A DNA stretch of 64,000 bases from Mobula hypostoma (Eukaryota): NCBI RefSeq assembly GCF_963921235.1, contig NC_086101.1:30008001-30072000 (forward strand). Direction: 5' to 3'. Below, piece after piece: positions 38,863 to 52,630 of the stretch. A program made the translations under genes and the position numbers. A model generated the notes under the pieces. That model was not told the origin of the DNA and ran no database searches. It worked only from the letters and a program-made list of their open reading frames with translations. How positions within the stretch are numbered: position 1 is the first letter of the stretch; each line of letters opens with the position of its first letter.

Positions 38863-38870
38863 TATAAATA
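38863..38870 (+). promoter_or_regulatory. Candidate TATA box of GPCR gene 2
   Basis: TATAAATA starts 73 bp before the ATG at 38936; position matches the paralog. Confidence 0.6.
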
Positions 38871-38935
38871 ATGTTAGCTTGATGCAGTAGATTGGCATCC
38901 GGACGGCAATCAAGTAACGTTGTTTCTCTACCAAC

Positions 38936-40419
38936 ATGGGAGGACCGGTAATCGTACAGATAGAAAACATTTATTACCCTATTCTTGCGGTGATTGGTGT
39001 TCCCGGTAAGTACCTAAAATTAAGAATGTGTAGTTTTGATTGAATTGTCCGTTCCGTTCGCATTTGCAGATGACAATTTATCGAGTCGAATAGAAAACAT
39101 ATGACATTCTTAAAAAAGATTAATTTACAAAATTCTCCATAAATCAAGCTGCTAATCATTCTGAATAGCGCATGCTTAACACTAAGCACAACCTGACGTG
39201 ATGTACCTCATTGATGGTAGATCGTCAGTGCGGTGTGAGCTGCCATTGCCTGTCTGATTCGTTTTCATGTGGTAAAACTCCCACCACCCATCGTAAAAGA
39301 CTAGTCACAATCTAGTAGCAATTTTGTAAGTGAAGGCAAACCATTATTTTTTGAAACAAATCAGAATGGTTTTTCAACTTAACTCAAGGCTAAGTTTCCC
39401 TTGCTACTGAACATCGTCTGGATCGCCAGAGCGAGGAAGTGCAATGGTGTAAGAAAATCAGATCAAGTTTAAACAAATAGAAAAAAACATTAAATCGCTT
39501 TAATCCTTTTGCAGCTAACTTTCTGGCGATCATCATTTTCACTCGTGGAAACTGTGGTCTCTCGAAATGCATCACTCGTTACCTGGTGGGAATTGCCGTG
39601 GCCGACTTATTGCTGTTGATAACTGAAGTAATTCTCTATGAGATTGTAGATGGATACTTTCCATTTTCCATTTTTAATCATACACAGTTTTGCAGATGGA
39701 ATCTAGCTGCGCATTTTATCGCCATCGACTGCTCTGTTTGGCTGACTGTAGCTTTTGCCTTCGATCGTTTTGCGGCTATCTGTTATCAGTCGCTGAGAAT
39801 GACATATTGCACAGGAAGGACCGCAACTATTGTGATAGCAGTGGTGTGTTCCGTGAGCATTTTGGAAAATGCTCCATTCTATTTTATATACGAACCGCGG
39901 AAAATAATTGACAACATACAGTGGTCTTGCAACGTAAAATCAAGTTTTTACACTTCACTCATCTGGGTGGCATTTTTGTGGTTGGAAACCGTCTTGACAA
40001 CAACTTTCCCCTTTGTGTTTATCTTGCTGCTGAACTCTTTAACGATCAGATGCATTGTCCTAGCAAATAGAGTAAGGAACGGACTTCGGGGAAGTAAGCA
40101 GTCAGAGAAGGACACTGATCCGGAGATAAAGAACCGAAGGAAATCTATAATTTTGCTTCTCGCTGTTTCTGGCACGTTTATTCTTTTCTGGATAGTAATT
40201 TCCGCATGTTATATATATGTACAATTTACTGACACCCAATTTTTGGAGGAAAGTTACAGCGACACATTCACCATAGTGGAACAAACAGGATATATGCTGA
40301 GGAGCTTGAGTTGTTGTACTAACACTTTTATTTATGCAGTGTCGCAGAGGAAATTTAGAGAGGAATTGAAGAATATCATTAAGGCTCCCTTCATTCTCAT
40401 TACCAATGCGCTCATGTAA
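38936..40419 (+). CDS. GPR139-like class A GPCR, gene 2; exons 38936-39005 and 39515-40419; 324 aa
   Basis: Exon 1 MGGPVIVQIENIYYPILAVIGVP ends CCCG|GTAAG. Acceptor TTTTGCAG|CTAAC. Same phase-1 intron position and motifs as gene 1 (FDRF, NTFIY). Intact frame, no indels versus gene 1. Confidence 0.93.
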
Positions 40420-41571
40420 GCTGAATAACTTCAAAACCTACTGTTATTAAAAAGAATAGAAGTTGTTTAAATAGCTTGTATACTTGGATGTTCAAAGTGA
40501 AAAGAGCTGATAGAATTCATCATAGAAACTGTCCCTTTGTCCTACCGTACACGAATTCGCAACTACACACATTCCATGCTCCTGGTATCCTCACCACCGC
40601 CCCTTCTCCCCACACCATGACCACTGCAAACTTCATTATTTCATCTAAACAATTTAACTTTTACCGAAATTGCAGATATGGACATAGCATAAGCAGAAGG
40701 GGTTCGTTTATAGAGGCGATTAATTACTGTGTTGGGTATCTGCCGTAACCGATCATGATGTGCCCTATGCGGGTGGAATTTTACAGTGAAAAAGCCGTTG
40801 CACTGAGGCTATTCGTCTCTCACGCCCTCAAAAGTATTGGTCCACTGGTGCGAAAAATCGTCACAACTGGCAACTTCCTCGACTGCAATGGATAGTCTTG
40901 ACTTCTTCTTTGCCTTGTCATGCCCTTCGCTCTCCATGAAGCGTGGCAGCACGCCTTTCTTGGCGGTTGGATCTTTAGTAAATCGCATCCACCCAGTCCG
41001 CCGGAACTGGCCTGGCATTCCGGGGTAGGCATATTCCTATATCACCGGGTTTGGATTTTCCCGGTTGCCCTTATTTGGTTTAGATCGCCTGTCGAAGCGG
41101 TGTACCGAGATGTGCACATTATCGTATACATACAGTTACTAGCTTAATAAGTTTGGCGCAACACTGTGGGTGATGAACCTGTGGTCTGTTCTATTGTTAT
41201 GCATTCTATGTTCTATGAGATGTTACCAAATGTACCATCAGATAGAAACAGAAATAACACCACAGGGAATTTGAATGAAAGAGCTCTATTTCCCCATTTA
41301 CTCGTAAGGCTGACTCTGTTGATTGTGCGGAGTATGGGGCAAAGAGCTTAGTGTTGGAGACAGAGTACTGCGAACTGTGGAAAATAGTCCCCTAGTCGCT
41401 TGGGAGAGGTACTGAGATTCAGGCTAGTATGTAAGCCAGAGGTAGATAGAACAGCAGACTGGCAGTACGGAGTCATAATCCACTGTCGCTGATCAGGGTA
41501 CACGATGACCGAGAAGGACACCACTTTAACTGGGAAACTGCAGAGGTTCTGGCACCGGCAAAGATTAAGCA

Positions 41572-41795
41572 ACACACATCAAAGTTGCTGGTGAACGCAG
41601 CAGGTCAGGCAGCATCTCTAGGAAGAGGTGCAGTCGACGTTTCAGGCCGAGACACTTCGAAGGGTCTTGGCCTGAAACGTCGACTGTACCTCTTCCTAAA
41701 GATACTGCCTGACCTGCTGCGTTCACCAGCAACTTTGATGTGTGTTGCTTGAATTTCCAGCATCTGCAGAATTCCTCTTGTTTGCGTTTTAAAAC
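41572..41795. mobile_element. Mini Penelope insertion forming a 92-bp-arm hairpin centred on TTC|GAA (41658/41659)
   Basis: 41567-41658 is the reverse complement of 41659-41750 with about 5 mismatches, followed by the pLTR tail. Probable 8-bp TSD ATTAAGCA at 41564-41571 and 41796-41803. Confidence 0.85.
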
Positions 41796-42669
41796 ATTAA
41801 GCAGCACGAGTTTTTTTAGAAGTATGGTTCTCTTCAGATAACTCAGTAGACAAACATATCGAAATAGACGCCATCGACGAACCCCTAAGAGCAAATGAGG
41901 CGCGAGCCAATAGACTTCAAGAGTCAACAGAAGGGGTAACCAACAATCGTGGCCGAGACAAGCGAATGGTGGTGCGGGGGGTGGGGGTGGGGGTCTAAAT
42001 AAAAGCGAGCACTTCCCGAGAGAAACACCAACTGCGCACTGAGAAGGTCACCTCAACTAGTGATAGAACTTTTGCAAACACCACAAATTCGGCGAAAACC
42101 GCAACATCAGATGCCTCAACCCGAGTTCCCAATATTCGCCATCATCCTAAAGAGTAGCAAACGTTCGAAGGAATGCGGAGGTGAATGAGCCTGAATTTGA
42201 GGACCAAGGGAGCCGGCGCAATGGAGTGCAGTAGGAAGAATAGGGAGATGATGAATAAAAGAAACTGATGAGGGAGAGGGTGAAGTGATGAAGAGAAATG
42301 GGACAAATGATCAGAAGGACAAAAGTAAGGACGGTGAAGGAGGTGGATGGACAAGTAGGAAAATCAGCGTTCAAAGTTCAAAAGAAATTTATTATCAAAG
42401 TGCATATATGTCACAATATACAACCCTGTTATGTTTTCTTGTATGCATCCTCAGCAAATCCAAGAAACACAATAGAGTCAGTGAAAGACCACACCCAACT
42501 AGGCAAGAAATCACTTTACAAAAAACAACAAATCAAGCAAAGGCAAAAAGAGAAACTATAATAAAAAATAAATAAGCAATAAATATCGAGCACATGAGAT
42601 GGAAAGTCCATGAAAGGGGGTCCAAATATTCAAGGAACAACTTAGTGATGAAGTGAGTGCCGTTATCCC

Positions 42670-43203
42670 CATTACTGAGGCTGCATCGCTGTCTGGTATG
42701 GAGGTGCTACTGCACAGGACCGAAAGAAGCAGCAGATGGTTATGAATCTAGCCAGCTCCATCTTGGACACTAGCCTACAAGTACCCAGAACATTTTTAGG
42801 GAGCAGTGTCTGAGAAAGACAGCATTCCTTATTAAAGACCTCCAGCACCCAGGGCATGCCCTTTTCTCACTGTCACCATCAAGTAGGAGACACAGAAGCC
42901 TGAAGGCACAGACTCACCGATTCAGGAACAGCTTCTTCCCCTTGGCCATTCAATTCCTAAATGGACTCTGAAGCTTTGAAACTTTTTTTTAATATACAGT
43001 AATCTTATTTTTGCACATTTTTAATAATCTACTCACTATACGTAATTGATTTACTTGCTTATTTATTATTCTGTTTTATTTTATTTATTATTATGTTTTC
43101 TCTCTGTGCTAGATTATGCATTGCATTGAACTGCTGCTGCTAAGTTACAAATTTCACGTCATTTGCCAATGAAAAAAAACTAATTCTGATTCTGATTCTG
43201 ATT
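42670..43203 (+). mobile_element. Rex1/Babar-type LINE 3' end with (ATTCTG)n tail
   Basis: CIAVWYGG..HPGHALFSLSPS.RR.RSL..RFRNSFFP; tail repeats at 43184-43203. Confidence 0.75.
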
Positions 43204-44700
43204 TTGCAAGAACCTGATGGTTGAGAAGAAACAACTAATCTCAAACCTGGAGGTGTGGATCTTTAGGTTCCTATACCGTTTTCCTAATGGTGGCAATGAG
43301 AAGAGAGCATGTGAAGAGGTGGTTGGGGTCCTTGATGATTGATGCTGTTTACCAGCAATGACGTTCTGTGTGGATGTGCACAATGCTGGGAAGAGCTTTA
43401 CCGTGATGGACTGGGCCATATCCATTATTTTTTTTATAGGATTTTCCTTACAAGTGCATTGGTGTTTCCATACCAGGCTTTGATGAAACCAGTAAATATG
43501 CTCTCCACCATGTATCTATAGAAGTCTGTCAAACCTTTGGATATCATGCTGAATCATTGCAAACTTCTTAAGAAGTAGAAGGGCTGTGTGCTTTGTTCAT
43601 AATTGCACTTATGTACTGAACCAAAGACAGATCCTCTGAAATTGTAACACCGAGGAATTTAAAGTTGCTGACCTTTTCCATCTCTGATCCCCCAATAAGA
43701 ACCGGTTCCTGGACATCTGATTTCCTCCTCGTGTAATCAATTATCATCTCCTTGTCTTGCTGACACTGAGTGAGTGTCTGCTAGATTGTCACTCTCCCTT
43801 GTGTATGATGATTCATCAACACCTTTGATTCAGCCAAAAACAGTGGTGTCATCAGCAAACTTAACTGTGGTGTTGGAGATGTACTTAGCCTCACATTCAT
43901 AAGTATAAAGTGAGTTTATTTGGGAGCTAAGCACACAGCCTGTAGTGCACATATGCTGATGGAGATTGTGGAGGAAATGCTGTTGCCAGTCTGAAATGAC
44001 TGAGGTCTGCAAGTCAGGAAAGCGATTTTCCAGTTCCACAAGGTGGTATTGAGAACAGGGTCTTGAAGGTTATTGATTAGTTTTCAGGAGATGATAGTAT
44101 TGAATACTGAGCTGTGGTTGATAAAGAGGAGCCTGGTGTATACACCTTTGCTGTCCAGATGTTCCAGGATTGCGTGAAGGGGCAATGAAATGGCATCTAC
44201 TTTAACTGGAATGGTATGTAAATTAGAATGGGTCAAAGTTGTTTCTCAGGCAGGAGATGATATGTTTCATCACCATCCACTGAAAGCACTTCATTACGGT
44301 ATGCTTTCTGTGGCTTCACCTTCCTGAAGAATGTTCTCACACTAGCCTCAGAGACTGAAATTACAAGGTCCTTAGGGGCTGTAGGTGCTCATGAAAGTTC
44401 CTTCCTGTTTGATGGTTATTCTGAGCATAGAATGCATTGACCTCTACTCAGTGCAACACCCTGATGTCATCCATGTTGCTTGGTTTCACTTTGTAAGAGG
44501 TAACAGAATTCAAGCCTTGCCAAAACTGTGTATCCTTTATTGATTCATGTTTAGTCTGAATTCCCACTTTGCCTGTGTGATTGCTTTCCAAAGATTATAC
44601 CTGGATCTCTTGTAACTTTTTTGGTCACCAGACTTGACTGCCATTGATTCGGTCCTCAGAAGATATGCAGACCTAATGGTTCATCCAGGGCCTTTGGCTG
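43204..44700 (-). mobile_element. Rex1/Babar LINE RT-3' part, tail-to-tail with the previous element
   Basis: GCVLS..LYTYEC..KFADDTT (43830-44039) and HALFSLPPLGKRYRNL (43180-43425). Confidence 0.75.
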
Positions 44701-45379
44701 GGGAGGACTCTGAGTAATTTTATGGGGTGGGAAGATCTGAGGGAAGGCTTTACATAATGGGTGTGCATTGACTTTCTTAGACGTCTGAGGATATTTGGCA
44801 TGTCCAAGAGGATTTTCCCAAGTTCCTGTCAATTCAACATTTCTTTTTGCACTACTTCAGTTTGCAACACAGTCTTTACACCATTCTGTTGCTCTGCACT
44901 CATCCTATTTGTTGGTGTATTTAGTAGTACCATGTACTCTGTTTATTCTGTAAGCTTAATGTGAACAAGAAACACCTTTGTACCCTGGTGTACATGACAA
45001 TAAACCAATTTGAATCTGTGCAAGGTTTTTTTCGGTCTGTGTATGTGGTACTTGTGCAGATATATTATTGTACAGATCTCTACATTATCCATAACTCCAT
45101 CAATCATCGCATCATCTACAAACTTACTAAACCACACAGCTACATTTTTATCCAGGTCATTTATATACATCACAAATCTCCAACTAGATCTCACCTGTAG
45201 CAAGAGACAGCATGACATCAAGACCCCAGCAATCTCAACTCTTGCCTCTTTCAATGATTTGAGATATATCTCATCAGGTCATGGGTTTTTTTCCTATACA
45301 GACTAAGTGGACGAGGCCTCCGTCACGTTCCCTCAAGTGCAGTTGTTACATTTTCACTGATTAGTAGTGCAAGTTTGAG

Positions 45380-46470
45380 GAAATAACAAGCAAGATAGAC
45401 TAAGGAGAGTTAATGGACTTCTTTTATTTGGATTTTAGGAAGGCCTTTGACAGGGTGCTGTACACAAGGCTACTTATCAAGCTAAGTGCCCATGGCATTA
45501 CAGGAAAGCTACCAGTGCCGATAGAAGATTAGCTGACTGGCAGGACGCCAAGAAAGGGAATAAAGGGGTCCTATTTTGGTTGGATGATGGTGAATTGTGA
45601 TGTTCTGCAGGGGTCAGTATTGGGACCAATTCTTTTCAGTTTATATATCAACAATTTGAATGGTTCTATGACCATGTTTGCAGATGATACTAAGATACTT
45701 TGAAGGTGTAAGATTGTGTTGAGGATGCAGGGCATTTGCAGAAGGACATAGACAGATTGGGACTATGGGCAAAGAAGTGGAAGATGGAATACAATATAGG
45801 GAAGTGTATAGTCAAGCACTTTTTTTGAAGGAATAAGTGTGTAGACTATTTTCTAAACAGTCTAGAATATAAGAGAAAGGATGTGATGCTGCAGCTTTAT
45901 AAGACATTGATCAGACTGCACTTGGAGAATTGTGAGCAGTTTTGGGTACTTCACATAAAAAAAGATGTGCTGGCATTGGAGAGGGCCCACAGGTGTTTCA
46001 TGAGAATGATTCCTGGACTGAAATCATTAATGTATGAGGAATGCTTGATGGCTCTGGGCCTATACATACTGGAGTTCAGAAGAATGAGAGGGGATCTCAT
46101 TGAGACCTATTAAGTTTTGAAAGGCTGAAATAGACTGGATGTAGAGAGCATGCTTCCTATGATGGGTGTGTCTAGGACCAGAGGATAAATCCTCAAAATA
46201 GGAGGACATCAATTTAGAAGAGAGCGGAGGAGGAATGTCTTTAGCCAGATGGTCGTGAAACTATGGAATTAATTGCCATTGATTGCTGTGGAGGCCAATC
46301 CTTAAAACAGAATTTTTTTTATGTTCTTGAATAGTCAGGGTCCCAAAGGTTATGGGGAAAAGGCAGGAGAATGGGGTTAAAAGGGCAAATAATTCAGCCA
46401 TGATGGAATGATGGAGCAGACTAGCTGGGTTAATCACCTAAGTTTGCTCCTATGTCTTATGGTCTTACGG
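45380..46470 (+). mobile_element. Old CR1 RT-3' end
   Basis: DFRKAFD, MFADDTK, LQLYKTLIRLHLENCEQFW, FRRMRGDLIE. Confidence 0.8.
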
Positions 46471-47649
46471 TCTAACTCCACCCACCAACTATTACCAAAC
46501 TCTCTATCTTTTCTAAAGCATCAAAATCGTGATATATTTAGCATCTGTTCCTGTTGCTCTCTCAGGAAAGTTCATGTAATGGTCACAACATGATATTCTG
46601 TGTGATGATCGATGCACTAAGTTCATCACCTTTACCCATAATACTCCTGTATTAAGATACACTGTCTTTAAACCATCTATTTCATTGTATCTAGTACTTT
46701 ACTCTTGTCTGTATTTCAATAAATTACTGCTTTACAGGTTCAGTTCTTCCTCTTTATCTCTGTTCTAAAAGGTTGCTTCTTGATTTTAATGTAGTGCTCT
46801 CTAGATCTGGATACCCCTCCATGAGAAACATCCTTTCCCCATCCACCTTATCTAGTCTTTTCAACATTCGGTAGGTTTCAATGAGATCCTCTCGAATTCT
46901 TCTAATTTCTAGTGAGTACAGGACCAAAGCTACCAAATTCTCCTCATATGTTAACCTCTTCATTCACAGAATAATCCTTGTGAACTTCCTCTAGTCTCTC
47001 TCCAATGACAACACCTCTTTTCTGAGATAGGGATTGGTGGACGTACCTTATGAAAATAGGTTGAGACTAATAGGCCTTTTCTCCTTAGATTGTAAGGAGC
47101 ATGAGGAGTGACCTGATAGAGGTGTTTCAGATGATGACGGGCATTGTTCATGTGGAAAACAGAGGCTTTTTTTCCAGGGCTGAAATGGTGAACACAAGGG
47201 GGCACAGTTTTAAGGTGCTTGGAAATATGTGCTGAGGGGATGTCAGGGGTCAGTTTTTTACACAGAGAGTGGTGGGTGCATGGAATGCACTGCCGGTGAT
47301 GGTGGTGGAAGCCAATACAATAGGGTCTTTGAAGAGCCTCTTAGATAGGTACATGGAGCTGAGAAATATAGAGAAATACGCATGAGGGAAATTCTAGGCA
47401 GTCTTTAGAGTAGGTTACATGGTCGGTACAACATTGTGGGCTGTAAATTTCTAAGTTCTATGTTGTATGTATTCCAGAACCTCATTCTAAATAATAAACT
47501 ACAACACTTTGCCAACCGCTGAAGTTAGGTTAACTGGCCTATAATTTCCTTTCTTTTCACTTCCTCCCTTCTTAATCAGTGGACTGACATTTGCAAATTT
47601 CCAGTCCTCTGGGACCATGCCAGAATCAAATGATTCTTCATTGATCATG

Positions 47650-50430
47650 ACTTCGAGCTCTGATGCTGTGGCCATTACAGAGACTTGGATGGTGCAGGGG
47701 CAGGAATGGCTACTTCAAGTGCCAGGCTTTAGATGTTTCAGAAGGGATAGGGAGGGCGGCAAAAGAGGTGGGGGCGTGACACTGTTGATCAGAGATAATT
47801 TTATGGCTCCAGAAAAGGAGGAAGTCGTGGAGGGGTTGGCTACAGAGTCTCTGTGGGTGGAAGTTAGGAATAAGAAGGGGTCAATAACTCTACTGGGTGT
47901 TTTTAATACACCACCCAGTAGTATCAGGGACATCGAGGAGCAGATGGGGAGACAGATTCTGGAAAGGAGTAATAACAACAGAGTTGTTGTAGTGGGAAAT
48001 TTTAATTTCCCAAATATTGATTGGTGTCTTCCTAGAGTGAGGTGTTCAGATGGGATAGAGTTTGTTAGGTGTGTTCCGGAAGGTTTTTTGACACAATATG
48101 TAGATAAGCCTGCAAGAGGAGAGGCTGTACTTCATTTGGTATTGGGAAATGAACCTGGTCAGGTGTCAGGTCTCTCAGTGGGAGAGCATTTTGGAGATAG
48201 TGATCACAATTCCATCTCCTTTACCATAGCATTAGAGAGAGATAGGAACAGACAAGTTGGGGAGACATTTAATTGGAGTAAGAGGAACTATGGGTCTATC
48301 AGGCAGGAACTTGGAAGCATAAATTGGAAACAGATGTTCTCAGGGAAATGTACTGAAGAAATCTGCAAATGTACAGGGGATATTTGCGTGGGGTTCTGAC
48401 TAGTTACGTTCCAATGAGACATGGAAAGGATGGTAGGGTACAAGTTCTGTGCTGCACAAAGGCTGTTTAAATCTAGTCAAGAAAAGGGAAGCTTACGAAA
48501 GGTTGCAGAAAACTAGGTGATGATATGAATCCAGAAGATTATAAGGCTAACAGGAAGGAGCTTAACAATGAAATTAGGAGAGCCAGAAGGGGCCATGAGA
48601 AGGCCTTGGCAGACAGATTTAAGGAAAACCTGAATGCATTCAGCAAGTATGTGAAGAACAAGAGGTTAAGACGTGAGAGAAGAGCACCAATCAAGTGTGA
48701 AAATGGAAAAGCGTGTATGGAACCGGAGGAAATAGCGGAGGTACTTAATGAATACTTTACTTCAGTATTCACTGCAGAGAAGGATCTTGGCGATTGTAAG
48801 GATGACTTGCAGTGGACTGATAAAGTTTGAGGATGTTGATATTAAGAAAAAGGATGTGCTGGAGCTTTTGGAAAGCATCAAGTTGGATAAGTCACCAGGA
48901 CCCTATGGGATGTACCCCAGGCAAATGTGGGAATCAAGGGGGGAGATTGCTAAGCCACTGGCAATTATTTTTGCATCATCAGTGTGGATGGAAGAGGTTC
49001 CAGAGGATTGGAGGGTTGCGGATTTTGTTCCCTGATTCAAGTAAGGGATTAGAGATAGCCCAGGAAATTATAGGCCAGTGAGTCTTACTTCTGTGATTGG
49101 TAAGTTGATGGAGAAAATCCTGAGAGGCACTTATAAGCATTTGGAGAAGCATAACATGATTAGAAATAGTCAGCATAGATTTGTCAAAGGCAGGTCGAGC
49201 CTTATGAGCCTAACTGAATTTTTGAGGATGTGACTTAACACTTTGATGAAGGTAGAGCCATAGATGTTGTGTCTATGGATTTTAGCAAGGCATTTGAAAA
49301 GGTACCCCATGCAAGGCTTATTGAGAAAGTAAGGAGGCATGGGATCCAATGGGCATTCCTTTGTGGATCCAGAACTGGCTTGCCCATAGAAGGCAAAGAG
49401 TGGTTGTAGACGGGTCATGTTCTGCATGGAAACCGGTTACCAGTGGTGTGCCTCAGGGATCTGGTCTGGGACCCTTACTCTTTGTGATTTTTATAAATGA
49501 CCTGGATGGGGAAGTGGAGGCATGGGTTAGTAAATCTGCTGATGACACAAAGGTTGGGGGTGTTGTGGATCATGTGGAGGGCTGTCAGAGGTTACAACGG
49601 GACATTGATAGGATGCAAAACTGGGCTGAGAAGTGGTAGATGGAGTTCCACTCAGATAAGTGTGAGGTGGTTCATTTTGGTAGGTCAAATATGTTGGCAA
49701 AATATAGTATTAATGGTAAGACTCTTGGCAGTGTGGAGGATCAGAGGGATCTTGTGATCTGAGTCCATAGGATACTGAAAGCTGCTATGCAGGTTGACTC
49801 TGTGGTTCAGAATGCATTCGGTGCATTGGCCTTCATCAATCATGGGATTGAGTTTCAGAGCCAGGAGGTAATGTTGCAGCTATATAGGACCCTGGTCAGA
49901 CCCCACTTGGAGTACTGTGCTCAGTTCTGGTCACCTCACTATAAAAAGAATGTGGAAACCATGGAATGAGTACAGAGGAGATTTCCAAGGATGTTGCCTG
50001 GATTAGGGAGCATGCCTTATGTGAACAGGTTGACTGAACTCGGCCTTTTCTCCTTGGATTGACAGAGGACGAGAGTTGACTTAATAGAAGTGTACAAGAT
50101 AATGAGAGACATTGATCGTGTGTATAGTCAGAGGCTTTTCCCCAGGGCTGAAGTGGCTAACACAAGAAGGCATAGTTTTAAGGTGCTTGGAAGTAGGTAC
50201 AAAGGAGATGTCAGGAATACGTTTTTTATGAAGAGAGTGTTGAGTGCATGGAATGGGCGGCCGGTGGCAGTGGAGGCGGAAATGATACGGTCTTTTAAGA
50301 GACTCCTGTATGGCTACACGGAGCTTAGAAATATAGAGGGTTATGGGTAAAGTCTAGGTAGTTCGAAGGTAGGGATATGTTCGGCACGGCTTTGTGGGCC
50401 GAAGGGCCTGTATTGTGCTGTATGTTTTCT
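47650..50430 (+). mobile_element. CR1 ORF2 (EN to 3' end), multiply disrupted
   Basis: [51 protein letters not shown]. Confidence 0.9.
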
Positions 50431-51344
50431 CTGTTTCTAATGCATTCGTTATCTATTCTGCAACCTCTGTCAGAACCCTGGCAGGTAGTGCATCTGGTCT
50501 AGATGACAAATCGATCTTGAGACATTTCAGTTTGCCAAGCACTTTATTCTTTGTAATAGCAATGGAACTTACTCCTGTTCCCTAATACTCACGGACCTCA
50601 GACACACTGCTGGTGTGTTCCACAGTGAAGTCTAATGAGAAGTAACCATTAAGTTCATCTGTTATTTCTTTATCCCCCATTACTACGTCAGCAGCATCTT
50701 TTTTCATTTGTCCAAAATCAACTCAGCTTTCTTTCACTCCTTGCATAACTTAAAAAACACCTTTTTTGTATCCTGCTTTATATCCTGCTTCAAATGCAAC
50801 TGTTGTCCCTTTTATATGATTCTACTTCAAGATGTCTTATATGGATAATCTGTGTAGTGTGGCTCTCTGATTGGCTGATATGTCAGCTTGGGCCCATTCT
50901 ACTCAAGCAAACACTTGAGAACAAAATCTTAAACTGCAGAGCTGATACCACATCTGGGAGCTTGCATTATTTCTCTCTGTTTGCAACTACTTACTGAGCT
51001 CAGTGCAATGAATGCAGCAGAGTACTCTCAATCCCAAGAATATAAGCAGAAGATGCCTTAATTATTCAGCATGTGAGGCATCAACTGTGGGGTTAACTCT
51101 GGTTTAGGGTGCCAAATGTTGGTGCTTTAATGTCTGTTAGTCTGGCACGTGTTTGAGTTGACCCATTGATTAGCTGAATGACATGTCTGAATACCCTAGG
51201 TTTGATTTGTAAGATCTGCACAATAGATGTTATATTGACTGTTCTGTTGTACATACTATTTCTAACAAATTACTGTAAATTACGCATTGCATATTTAGAT
51301 GGAGACACAGCATAAAGATTTTTACCTCTCATGCATCTGAACAC

Positions 51345-51540
51345 AGTTTGTAGAACCTCTGCTTCATTGCTCCAGGGTCTTGACTTTGATCCTGATCCTT
51401 CAATATGTTTGGAGTATTTATGTTTTCATTGTGACCATGTGGATTTCACACAGATTCTCTGATTCCCTCTCACATCCGAAAGAGTTATGTGTTATTAGGT
51501 TAACTGGCCTCTGTAAACTGCCCTAACTATGATGGAGTGG
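51345..51540 (+). mobile_element. Degraded V-SINE/HE1-type SINE
   Basis: Resembles the V-domain core from memory (tgtgaccatgtggatttc...cacatccgaaaga...aggttaactggcctctgtaaactgccct). Confidence 0.5.
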
Positions 51541-52029
51541 CAGAATCTGAAATTGATGGGAAAGTGAGGAGAACACTTTGAGAACACTTTGTGCAAACGG
51601 TGAGTGTTAGCTGCCTGTCCTTTGATTACTCTGCTACCAGAGAGGGTAGAACCTACCGTAGTGCCCAGAGAGTGTTGCCCAGGTTTTCTGTGTTTTAGAT
51701 GTGAACTTGGAATATAGACATTTTTTTCAGTCATATAGTTTTTATATTCTATGTTTTTGCCATATCTTTGCACTTTTTTATGGGGGAGGGAGATGGATTT
51801 GGGGGTTGGATGAGCCTGTTCCATTTTTGCTTGATTTGTTATTGAGTGGGGAGGGGGGATTAGAGGACTGATGTTTGTACTCCCTTTAATTTCTTTCTTG
51901 GGTTTATGGCTACCCACAGAAGAAGAATAGAAGAATTTCAGAGTTGTATACTTCAATAATAGATAAACCTTTGAACCTCTGAATAATGATAATGTTAATG
52001 AGAGCAACGCACACAATGGGGAATGGTGA

Positions 52030-52630
52030 AGTTGATGAATGAGGGGCATTACTGGACGTTTGAGAAATCGATGTTCATGCCATTAGGCAAGAGGCTTATC
52101 AGATGGAATATAAAGTGTTGCTCCTCCAAAATGAGTGTGGCCTCATTACAACAGTAGAGGAGATCATGGGCAGACATGTTGGAATGGGAATGGGAAGTGG
52201 AATTAAAATGTGTGGCCAGTGAGGCAGAGGGTCTGGCCTCACCTTCACCATTCGCCATTCCTATTTCCCTCTCTCACCTTATCACCTCCTACCGGTGCTC
52301 CTCCCCTTTTTCTTTCTTCCATAGCCTGCTGTCTTTTCCTTTTAGACTTTCCTTTCTCTAGCCCTGTATCTCTTTCCCAGCTCTTGACTTCAGCCCACCC
52401 CACCACACCCTCCTCACCCCAGCATTTCACCTATCACCTTTTGGTTTTTCCTCCCCTTCCCCCACTTCTTACTCTGACACCTCATCTTTGTTTCTGAGTC
52501 CTGATGAAGGGTCTCAGTTTGAAACACCAAATGTACTTTTTTCCATACACGCTGTCTGGCCTGCTGAGTTCCTCCAGTATTTTGTGCGCATTGCTTGGAT
52601 TTCCAGCATCTGCAGATATTCTCTTGAATG
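52030..52630. mobile_element. Penelope insertion with inversion: GIY-YIG end on minus strand, pLTR with degenerate hammerhead on plus strand
   Basis: ATHFNSTSHSH..LEEQHFIF..GMNIDFSN (minus, 52049-52258). CTGATGAAGGGTCTCAGTTTGAAAC at about 52501-52525, followed by the pLTR tail. Confidence 0.75.

Noticed and set aside
40790-41030. GC-rich segment with overlapping short ORFs after gene 2
   Set aside because: Probably the 5' region of another LINE (RTE-like from memory); no motif strong enough to name it.
41890-42135. Possible second Penelope-type pLTR with a decayed hammerhead (CTGAGAAGGTCACC..GTGATAGAAC)
   Set aside because: Core too degenerate to support.
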